The notes under the pieces are model-generated. The model did not search any database. It saw nothing but the letters and a program-made list of their open reading frames with translations, and was not told the origin of the DNA. From the NCBI GenBank assembly GCA_963514005.1, contig OY740801.1, forward strand, positions 23,684,001 through 23,748,000: 64,000 bases of DNA, in the 5' to 3' direction. This stretch comes from Raja brachyura. Taxonomy: Eukaryota. The translations under genes and the position numbers were made by a program. Shown piece after piece: positions 41,901-53,900 of the stretch; within the stretch, counting starts at the first letter, position 1; each line of letters begins with the position of its first letter.

Positions 41901-44900
41901 AGTGAATCTCCACTTGGAGCAGGTTACTGCTACAGGACAAGTAGGCAGAGGTAGTGAAAGTCAAACTTGATGTGTATTGATGGCAGCCACCAGGCTTCCT
42001 GCCTTAATTTATTGAGTGCCAGAGTTTATTGCCTTGCGAGTCACTGTCTGCTGCTTCTTTTCACAGGTACAAAGGCGCATTGGTCATGTTACTGACTGAG
42101 GTCTTGCATCGTGTACAGTTCCGCTACAACCAAGCGCAGCTTGAAGAACTTGATGATGAGACACTGGACGATGATGTGAGTGAACCAGGGTGCGCAGTGT
42201 TGTTCAGCTGTTCAAGTTGTGTTCAACTGTTCCCGCAGTTGAAGTTGTTCTTGTGAAAGAAACAAGACCTAATCTAGCAAAACACAGTGTTGGAGGAGCT
42301 CAGTGGGTCAGCAGCATTTGTGGAGGGAATGGTCCTGACCCAAAACGTTGTCTGTCCATTTCCTCCACTGATGCTGCCTGACCTGCTGAGCTCCTCTTGC
42401 ACCAGATTCTAACATCTGCACTTTATTGTGTCTCCTAATATAGAAAGTTTCTCAAAGAAAATTTGTTTATTTTTATAAGCAGCTTCCCATCCACCCACTG
42501 CCAATCTATGCAGGAAGATAGATGTACAGTCTGTGCTGGGGTGGTTTTTAATCTTTGCATGCTTGTGTAACCTGACCAGCATCTTGTTAAAGTTCATTTT
42601 GACACACACACGTTCCAGTTTCAGTGGGACTGCTGGCATTCTGGTGTGTGAGTTCAGCTTCTTCCAGGTTTAGGTTTGTTGTTGTCACGTGTACCCCCAA
42701 GGTACAGTGAAAATAGTTATTTTGCATGTTATTAGATCAGATAATACTATACATAAACACAATCAAGTCAAACTCAAGAACAACAAGTAGAGAAAAGGGA
42801 AAGATACAGAGTGTAGAATATAGTTCTTAGCATTGTAGTGGTTCAGTTCCATAGACAAGGTCAAATGTCCATTATGGGGTAGAGGTGAATTGGGCAGTAC
42901 CCTAGCTTATTTAAGGACTATTCAGAAGCCAAGCAACCAACAGGCTTGAGGAGCTGTCTTGTCTAGTGCTGCTCCGGGGTTTAGGTGTCAGCTGGATGTA
43001 GCCATCCCTGAGTATTTGTTTTCTGGGCTCGGGCACTATTACTACTGAGTCAAGTTGGGTCCTGCTGGGGTTGCAGTAGTTAAAAGTAGAAGGTGTGGCA
43101 GCAGGTTCGCATTCCAAGATATTTGATGCCTGTGGCAGTAATAAATTGAGCCAGTAATGTGGATCAGACATTGAGACTTGTGATTCCACTAAAAAGTGAG
43201 CCCTGCACACTCTACCTGTCAGGTGATTTTGGCCAGCAAAGAGTTTAGTATTAATTCTGAAGGCATTGAACTGTGTCACGAAAGATCTGCACGGTGACTG
43301 AATATTGCAACACTCTTGCCTGTGTCATTCTGAATTCCTCCCAGAAAATAGGACCTGCAGCCACATGAACAACAGTTGGCTTGGTTGGAAGAATGTAGGC
43401 ACAAGGAACTGCAGATGCTTGTTTACTAAAAACAAACAGTGCCGGAGTAACAGCGGGTCACGCAGTGTCTTTGGAGAACATGGATAGGTGACATTTCTGA
43501 TCTGAAGAAGGACCCCGACACAAAATTATGCCAAACCATGTTTGCCTGACCAGCTGAGTTACTCCAGCACTTTGTCTTTTTTGTTCAGTAGAATTCTACA
43601 GTGCATTTCCTGATTAGTGTACAAGAGTCAGCAGTATGCTTAATGTAGTCACTGTGGCAGGAAATGAGGGAGCTATTTTGTACATGAAGCTCCCTCACCC
43701 CATTGGGGCTGCCTGTGGGGTCTGAGGATGTTCATCAGCTTTACCCTTTGCTTGCAGCAACAGACTGAGTGGCAGCGTTACCTGCGGCAGAGCTTGGAGG
43801 TGGTGGCCAAAGTGATGGAGCTTCTCCCGTCCCACGCCTTTTCTACAATCGTAAGTAGCATAGCGGAATATTGCATTAACACACCAACCCCAAAGTTAGC
43901 CATGTTTTCACTGTAATCTCTGTGTTAGCTGGACAGAGCCACCCCACTCCCCACACCATCCGGGTTGGGACCACCCCACAGGATGTAAAGCAGAGCAGAA
44001 ATAGACCAATGGTTCTTGAAGCCTGCACTGGCAATCATTAATGTCTTGGCTGTGCCACCACTTTCCAGCTCTTGTGCCTACCCCTCAAATCCTTTGTGGA
44101 CCTCAGTGAGTGGATAGGGCCACTGTCTCACAGTACCAGAGACCAGGGTACAATCCTGTCTGTGTGGAGTTTGCAGGTTCTCTCTGTGACCACGTGAGTT
44201 TCCTCCCACATTCAAAACGCGTGCAGGTTTGCAGGTTGATAGGCTTCTGTAAATTGTCCCTAGTGTGTAAAAATGTATTGGTGTGTGGCGTGGACTTTGT
44301 GGGCCTCACAGGGCCTGTTTCAACGCTGTATCCCTAAATCAAACTGAAGTTAGATGAGTTCCCAGGGTCTGTTGATTGTTTAAAAAAATTCATCCTGTGC
44401 ATCATCTATTGGACTAATGGACTGTGGTCCCCCAGGGGATTGAAACTGGCCTTGGTTTAACTATGCATTGGTGATGTGGGCTGACTGGGTCTGGCAGTCG
44501 TCTTGTCCATCATTGTCACGGGGATCAATCTAACTTCCCAGAGTTGAAAGACGCTTGACTCGCCGCTCCACAGTCCCTGCGATAAGATTAAGAATGGGCG
44601 GTACTTGTACTAAAATTCCTCAATAGTTTTTGAGCTGCTTTCATTGCTTTCTGTCCCTAGTTTCCCATCTTGCAGGATAACCTTGAAGTTTACCTGGGTT
44701 TGCAGCAGTTTGTTGTCACCACTGGACAAGGTAAGTGGCTGGACTGCTGCTAACATGTAACTACAACATTGATGTTGGCTTTTGTAAGAAACATCTGTAA
44801 ATATGAAGATATTTAACCTTGTAATCACTAGAATTATAAAATGTTAATGCTGCAAGAAAAAGAGGCAAAATGCTGGAGAAACTCAGCAGGTCAGGCAGCG

Positions 44901-47900
44901 TTCATGGAGAACGTGGATCGATGACGTTTCAGTTCAGGACGCGTCTTCACCCGAAAAATCACCTATCCATGTTATCTAGTGATGCTGCCTGACCTCCTGA
45001 GTTACTCCACTTTTTTTTGCAGACCAGCACTTGTGGTTCTTTGTTCTATTTATTGCTGCAAGAAGCTAACTTGTTAAAAAGTGATGTTAAATTTGCCACA
45101 ATTTGAGCAAGTGAATATAAAAGGAGTTGAAATGCAAGCACTCTTAGAGAAACGTGTTCTAATCTTGCATCTGTTTTAGGTAGATTTGTAGACTAGCTGT
45201 GGTTACGCTGATTAAGGAGACTTGATGCAATATAAGCACACCTATAGCATTTGAGACAAAGGCATGGAATTGTTTAGCACAAAAATAACTCTGACCCAAC
45301 TCATCCATGCCAAGCGTGGTGCCTGTCTACACCAATCTAATTTCCTGCATTAGACCCGTATCCCTCTAATCCTTATCCATGTACCAGTCCAAACCATTTT
45401 TAAATATTGTAATTGTATCTATCTCTACCACCTCCTCTGGAAGCTGATTTCACATTCCCACCACCCTCTTTGTGAAAACACAACCCTTGGATTCCCTTTA
45501 AATTTATCGCCTTCTATTTTAAACCTATACTCTAGTTTTAAACTCTTACATTTTGAAAGAGACTCTGGCTATCTACCTTATCTACACCCCTCATCATTTT
45601 ATACACCCCAGCCTTGTACATTCCAGTGAGCATAAACCTAGCATTTACAATCTGTCCTTATGACTGCAGCCACCTTTGCTGGCAGTACTGTGGTGAATGT
45701 TTTCTGCACTTTCTCTGATGCTACACCCTCCTTCATGTAGTGTGGTGACCAGAACTGTGCACAATATTTGAGTACAGCCTGATCAAAGTTTGGTGCAGCT
45801 GCAACATGACATCCCAACTCTTATTTTGGTTTGGTTTATTATTATTCTTGCATGTCACTATCACCGAGATAGTGAAAATGCATACCACACGAGTAGTATC
45901 AAACCACACATGACTACAACAGGTAGTGCAAAAAGAGAATGGAAACAGTACAGAACATAGTATTACAGTTGCAGAGAAAGTGCAGATAACAAAAATGCTG
46001 GGGCCGCAGTGAGGTAGATTGGGCGATCGGGAGTATATTCAGTGTTCCGGGGGCAAGCATGCTGAATGCCCTCATTACTGCCCTACTACCTGTGTAGTCA
46101 TTGGCGAGCTCAGACTGCATGGTGTGTGCAGGTTTGATTGCTCAGCTATAGGAAGAACATCATTAAATGGAAATGGGTGGCGAAAAGTCTCGCCTGGATG
46201 TTAACTGAGTGTGCGGGCTTGTTATAGCAAGAGGTTGGATAGCCTTGGATTTTTTTCTTTGGATTGTAGGTGGTGACCTTATTATGGTACACAAGATCAT
46301 GAGGGGCATGGAGAAAGTGACCACTCTGTCTTTTTGCCAGGATTGCGGATTCTAAAATTAGAGGGATTTGGCTTAAGGTGAGAGGGGAGAGATTTAAGAG
46401 GGACCTCGGGAACAATTATTTCACTCTGAGGGTAGTCCATATCTGGAATGAGCTGCCAGGCGTTGCTATAGAAATGAACACAATTATGTCTTTTAAACAA
46501 TGGTTTGATATATGGATAGGAAAGATTTAGAGGGCTATGTGACGAGCCCAGCAGGCCAAATTGGGCCAAAGGTCCTGTTTCTATGCTATAAAACTCTGTG
46601 CATATTTACTGTGCATGTCTTGTTAGCATTTGTCATCCCAAAACTGCATTATTATCTCCCTGATTGGATTATATGCCAACTGTCACTGCTCTGCCCAACT
46701 TTCAAACTGATCTATGTGCCACCTATCCTTTCACAACCTCCTTCGTTGTCATCTACTCCAATCATTTTTGTGTTGTCAGTAAATTTACTAAACTGTCCGG
46801 CTGCCTTCTCATCCAAGTCATTTTGTTAAACAATGGTCCTAGCAGTGATCCCAGCGATACACCATTGGTGTAGGAAATAACTGCGGATGCTGGTTTAAAT
46901 TGAAGGTAGACACAAAATGCTGGAGTAACTCAGCGGGACAGGCAGCATCTCTGGAGAGAAGGAATGGGTGACGAGTCGGGTCAAGACATCACCAGGTCCT
47001 TCTCTCCAGAGATGTAGAGATGAGTTACTCCAGCATTTTGTGTCTACCTTTGAGATACATAATTGGTTACAGACTTCCTGTCTTGACCATCTGAACATGG
47101 AGATTCGTGTCCATGAACCAAAACGTCACCTGTTCATTTTCTCCAGAAATGCCTGACCCACTTAGTTGCTCTAGCAGTTTGTGTCTATCTTCCAATCTCT
47201 ACCACTGTCCTTGTCTTCCTACCACCAATTTGGATCCAGTTTGCCTGCACACCTTGTCACAGTCCATCATCGGTTATACCAGTAAGTGGGGGGGGAAACA
47301 AAGGGCGTGAATGGTTGTATTGGTGAGATGAGAATGTCATCAATATCTCCTCACAAGGACCTGGTGACTCGGGTAGTGGTTTCGACTGAGATTAGTTGCA
47401 CATTGCGGCACTGGCTATAGTGATGGCAAAGGTGCAGGGCTTTCCCCTCGCTTGGACTGATGTATATGCGCAATGGCTTAACGTGTGCCTTGGTGTTTCA
47501 TCACAGATGCATTGTTCTTTAGTTCACAGACTGAATATCACAGCAGAGAATGACTGTCGCCGTTTGCATTGCTCGTTACGTGATCTCAGCTCGCTCCTTC
47601 AGACCAGTGGTCGCCTGGCAGAGTATTTTATTGGGGACGTATTTGCTGGCAGATTTAATGATGCGCTCAGAGTAGTGGAAAGGTAAGACCTATTTAAATT
47701 GCTAGCTGAGTGCTTCAATAGTTGCTGGATCAATGAGATCTTGTGTGCTGTTTATTTCATTTTAATTGTTGCTAAAAATTTGGCGGGGAAATAACAATGT
47801 TTAGCAAATACTCAGCTAGTAAGAATTTCAAGGTCAGTTTATTGTCACCTGTACCAAGGTACGGTGAGATTTGAGTTATATTACAGCCGTACTAAGTGTA

Positions 47901-50900
47901 AAGCAACAAGGCAGAAAACAATAGACAATAGGTGCAGGAGTAGGCCATTTGGCCCTTCGAGCCAGCACCGCCAGTCAATGTGATCATGGCTGATCATCCC
48001 CAATCAGTACCCCGTTCCTGCCTTCTCCCCAATATCCCCCTGGGTCTGCTATTTTCAAGAGCCCTATCCAGCTCTCTCTTGAAAGCATCCAGAAAACCTG
48101 CTTCCACCACCTCTGAGGCAGAGAATTCCACAGACTCGCCACTCGCTGTGAGAAAAAGTGTTTCCTCGTCTCCGTTCTAAATGGCTTACTCCTTATTCTT
48201 AAACTGTGGCCTCTGGTTTTGGACTCCCCCAACACCGGGGACATGTTTCCTGCCTCTAGCGTGTCCAAGCCCTTAACAATCATATATGTTTCAATGAGAT
48301 CCCTTCTCATCCTTCTAAACTCCAGAGTGTACAAGCCCAGCTGCTCCTTTCTCTCAACATATGACAGTCCCGCCATCCTGGGAATTAACCTTGTAAACCT
48401 ACACTGCACTCCCTCAATAGCAAGAATGTCCTTCCACAAATAAGGGGACCAAAACTGCACACAATACTCCAGGTGTGGTCTCGCACAAAACCACATAAAA
48501 GTTATCATAAAAATCCATCACAGTGGATTCCGCATTGCTCACTGATGGAAGGCAATAAAGTTCAATCTTCCTCTTTGTTCTCCTGCGGTTGGGGCAGTCA
48601 AGCCATCCGCAGTCGGGGCGATCAAAGCCCCCGCAGTCGGGGCAACCGACGAGGGAAGCCCCCGTTAGGGTGATTGAAACTCCCACGTTGGGGCGGTTGA
48701 AACTCCCCAGTCGGCCTCTTCTTACCAGAAAGCGCGGGCTTCACGATGTTAAAGTCCACAGGCCCTGTGGTTGGAGCTTCAATCCCCCGCAAAGGGATCG
48801 CAAGCTCTGCAATGTTAAAGTCCCGCAGACTCAGGAAAGGCCGCCAACTGCACAATGTTAGGACGCAGTGAGGACAGAGATACGATACGGGGGAAAATCG
48901 CATCTCCGTCGAGGTAAGTGATTAGGGAAAAAAGTTTCCCCAAACCCCCCTTACCCCACATAAAACAATCCAAGGAACACTAAAGCATACTTTTAACACA
49001 TACTAAAAATAACAAAAAGAAGAAAAGACAGATAGACTGCTGGCGGTGCCATCCGGTGTTCAGCAATTCAGGGAGAAACAATTAATGGTACAAGATGTTA
49101 AAGGTCGTAAAGTGGTAACATCATCACAGTTTCTCTCTCCATTGATAGTACCCGACCTGCTGAGCATTTCCAGCATTTTCAGTTATGCCTTTACTAAATA
49201 ATGCCATTGATTTATTTACAATTGAATTTTCAACTCTCAAAAGTTTTGTTTGTGCCGCTATAATAATCCTCTTGATGATGTGCCAGAATAACTAAATATT
49301 TTTGTACTGTTTTCCAATTTCCTGATTCTCAGCTGACAATGTTTTACCCATGGAGTTCGGTCACCAATACCTTGTGCAGCCTGGACTGTATTCATACTAA
49401 AACCAAACTGTCAAAGCGTTTCATACTGTATCTCCTGAGGCCTGGCTTTTGATGTCTTAAGTTGTTTTTTGTGACCAGAAGAGGAAGGATCCAACTTTAC
49501 TATAAATTTCTATCCAATCCTTACACCCTCAGTCTTCTGCAATGTAGGGTATGCAAGCCTAGTTTCTAATCAGGGGGTTGGCTTGGGAATTACAGACAGG
49601 CCCTCCCTGTTTAGAACTATCTATTTGCCGCTACACGTAAGTTTCTCTCATTGCAGTCCTGCTCCAAATGTGTGTATGTTTAATGTGTTCTAACATCTAT
49701 ACATTTATTGCTGATTTCTCAGGCTAGTGGAAGTGACATCGTATGGGTCCCAAATCAAGCTGTACGATATGGAAACAGCAGTGCCATCTGTGCTGAAGCC
49801 AGATTTGATTGATGTGTAAGTACACAGTTGATCCTGTCGGCTAAATCTGTTTTGCATGTTGATATCAAAAGATGGACAAAATGGCACGCGTCTCTCCTGG
49901 TCATGCCCTGACATACCAACGGAAAGAAGCTAAACTGATCAAAAATGTGCTGCTGCTTGGCTTTGCCTTGAACTTAGCAATGGATTTGCCTGATCGAGTA
50001 TGGTCGTGTCCACTCAGCAGACAGTTACTGAAAACTTTAATCTGAAAACGTGTTGACAATAACTGTCCAGCTAAAGACTACCTGTTTGTCAGTCTGTGCC
50101 AACTCAGTGCAGCATAGAGGGAACGCCTGGACAACCTGTCCAGTTACTCAGTCCAATGTGATTTCCTCCTTATTGGGGACGGTGTTTGTTTTGAGGGTGG
50201 CAGGAACATGTTGAGGCAGAAGGTCAGCCTTATAAAAGGACTGGACAAGCTAGATGCAGGAAAAATGTCCCCAATGTTGGCTGAGTCCAGAACCAGGGGG
50301 CCACAGTCTTAGAATAAAGAGGAGGCCACTTAAGACGGAGGTGAGAAAAAACGTTTTCACCCAGAGAGTTGTGAATTTATGGAATTCCCTGCCACCGAGG
50401 GCAGTGGAGGCCAAATCACTGGATGGATTTAAGAGAGAGTTAGAGGGGCTAATGGAATCAAGGGATATGGGGAGAAGGTAGGCACGGGTTATTGATTGGG
50501 GACAATCAGCCATGATCACAATGAATGGCAGTGCTGGCTCAAATGGCCTCCTCCTGCATCTATTTTCTATGTTTCTATGTAACCTGAATGGATGGTGAAG
50601 CAGACTCAGTGATCCTACCTTTCATGACCACAGGGCTCTACAACCAATCGTTTGCTACACTGAGGAAATCTTGATAACCAGTCATATAGGAAAATCGTAC
50701 TGAGCAACATAAAGTCACAGTTAATCTGTTCTTAATGCCGATTGAACAAATAAATACTCTGCCAACAAAGCAGGGCGAGTGTACATTCTGTCTGCACAGA
50801 CACAGCTATTCACGTTGTTACCTCACGGCTCCAGAGACACTGGTTCAATCCTGACCTCTGGTGTTGTCTGTATGAAATCTGCATGTCTCCCTGTGACCAT

Positions 50901-53900
50901 AGGGTGATGAGCAAACTGACCCTGCTTTGTTGGCCAAGTATTTATTTGTTCAATTGACATTTCCAGAACAGATTAACAGTTAATTTTTCTTTTGCCCTCG
51001 GTTTTCTGGTTTCCTCACACATCCTAAAGAAGTGTGGGTTAATTGGCAGCGTAAACCACCACGTGCGTGTGGGAAGAATTGTATAATTTTGGGGTAGAAC
51101 AACGGATGGGAATGTGGGGGGTATAAAACCGATTGTGTGAAAGTGGGTGTTTGATGGTTGGCAGAAAGGGCTGTTTCCATGCTTCATTGCTCTGACCTTG
51201 GGTTAGCGTTGACGATGGCTCTTCTGGCAGTGCCGCAGCAGCTCATTACTTACTTGAACCCCCACTGTGGTCATCTCTACAATGGAACTCAACCTGCCAG
51301 CCTCCGACGGGGATGTGCTGCCCACTGAACCACCCGTGAGCACAGGGTTGTGTCGACTTGCACGTATGATGAAGACCAGGTCAGGGTAGAAGTCCCTCGG
51401 CTGCCTTCACCCAGGGTCTGTGTGGACTCGGAGTGGAGTTGGGGCCTTTCATGAATCTGCTTTACAAATCCTTATGGTTGAACTACTGGTCTTGTCTTGC
51501 AGCCACGCACAGTCACTGGCCGCGTTGCAGGCCTACGCCCATTGGCTGGCTCAGTTTTACAGCGAGGTTCAGCGGCAAAACCCAGAGCAATTTGTCTCTC
51601 TCATCTCCACTGCTATGGAAGCCACTGCTCCCCTCATCAGCACAAAGGTATGTCAGCAGCGTCACTGAACTCTGACAACACACAGAGCAGGTGCTCAATG
51701 AACCAACACTTTCATGGCTACTCAGCTTTTTTTTTTAATTGCTATTTTTAAATTTTAATTAAAATTAAATTTCCCTTGCTGCCATTGTGGAATTTGAATT
51801 GTGTCTCTGGAGCGGATATTGAGAACTCATACACCAGTGCAAGACTGCGTGAGATTGCCTTGTTGAATGGGGCGGTGAGGGGCATGCGCCAGAAAGCCTT
51901 ATGTTCCACATTGAGTTGTCTCGGCAGGTGCCAGAGAAGCTGCTGCTCTCAGCGTGCCATCTGCTGCTGTCGTTGGCCACTACCGTACGGCCCGTCTTTC
52001 TGGTCAGGATACGAGCCGTGCAAAAAATCTTCGACAGGATCACCGACGGCTCTGCTCGCCAGCTCCCCCAAGAGGTAGGTGGGAGAATCTGACGAGCTGC
52101 TCAGAATGAATTGGCAGAACTTGGCTGAATCAAAACTGCTCACTAGGCATGTCACTGATAAAAGATAAAAGATGCTATCTGTCAAAGGTTCCCAACTGCT
52201 CCGTACAGCTGTTTGTAAACTTCAGGATATAACCTTGGCTATCTGAACACAAAATGTATTTGTGTAGGAAAGAACTATGCCTGCCTCTTTGTAGGGTACG
52301 TCGAACAATCACTGTTCCAGGCGTACACTGACCCTATCCACGAACTCTACCTCTTCTACATTGATGACTGCATTGGTGCTACCTCCTGCATCCATGCAGA
52401 ACTCACTGACTTCATCAACTTCATGACTAATTTCCATCACAGGAGACATACTATTGACCGGCATCTATTACAAACCCAATGACTCCCATAGCTATCTTGA
52501 CTAAACTGCTTCTTGTAAAGACTCTATTCCCCCAACTCCCAATTCCTCCATCTATGCCGCATCTGCGCCCAGGATAAGGTTTTGCATACCAGGTCATCAG
52601 AGATGGCCTCATTCTTTAGGAAACGGGGGTTCCCATCTTCCATTATAATTGAGGCTCTCACTAAGGTCTCCTCGATACCCCGCAGCTTCGCTCTAGCTCC
52701 CCCTCCCCCCATTCGTAACAAGGACCGAGGCACCACCCCCCCCCCCCGTCCCGTCCCGTCCTCGCCTTCCACCACCCAATCAGCCATTGCATACAGCATA
52801 GAATTCTCCAACGTTTTCGCCAATGGGATCCCGCTACTGACCTATTTACTGGTTGCTCAGCACTTTAACTCCCCCTCCCATTCCCAACCTGACCTTTCTG
52901 TCCTGGGCCTCCAATGTCAGAGTGAGGCCCAGCGCAAATTGGAGGAACAGCACCTCATATTTTGCTTGGGTAGCTTACACCGCAGCAGTATGAACATTGA
53001 TTTCTGTAACTTCAAACAGTCCTTGCTTTCCCCCTCTATCCCCTCCACCTTCCCAGTTCTCTCACCAGTCTTACTGTCTCTGACTACATTCTATCTGTCC
53101 CGCCCACTCCCCTGCCATCAGTCTGAAGAAGGGTCTCAATCCGCATCGTCACCAATTCTTTTCACCAGAGATGCTGCCTGTCCCACTGAGTTACTCCAGC
53201 ATATCGTGCGTACAAAATGTATGTATTCAGTTCAGAGATACACCTTGGAAACAAGCCCATCGAGTCTGCACCAACCACTGATCACTCATTTACACGCTAA
53301 TTTTATGTTATGCTACTTTCCATCCACTCCCTGCACACTGGGGGAATTTATAGGTGGCCAATTAACCAACACCTGCATGTCTTTGGGATATGGGAGCAAA
53401 CCAGAGTACCCACAGGGAACTCACACGGTTATAGTGAGAACATGCAAACTCCACACTGACAGCATTCAAGGTCAGGATTGAACCTGGGTCTCTGGTGCTG
53501 TGAGACAGCAGCCCTACCTGGTACTGTTGATTTGGTTTCTGGTTATGATGCGAGGATTGTAGTGAGACGAGTCACCTCTGCTGTTTGGGTATACGTGTGT
53601 AACTGGGTTGATGCTGTGCTTCCCCCCCCCAGGGTAAGGTACTGGTGTGTCGGGCCTTGTCCAACATGTTGCTGCTACCGTGGCCAAACCTCCCTGAGAG
53701 TGAGCAGCAGTGGGCTGGCCGTTCTACCAATCATGCCAACTTAATATCCACCCTCACCAGAGAGTATCGGCAGCTGAAGGACAGTGCGGGACTGTCGCAG
53801 AACAAAGTGGCTCTGGGGGCCAGTGAGTATATCCCTGCACCTCTCCTGTATGTGCTGGATTTAAATCCCTCTGCAGCCATTTCTGCCCTACTGCTTGAAC

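Noticed and set aside
52582-53481. 299-aa ORF as a host gene
   Set aside because: It is a chance read-through across the PLE remnant, its 3' UTR and a reverse SINE.
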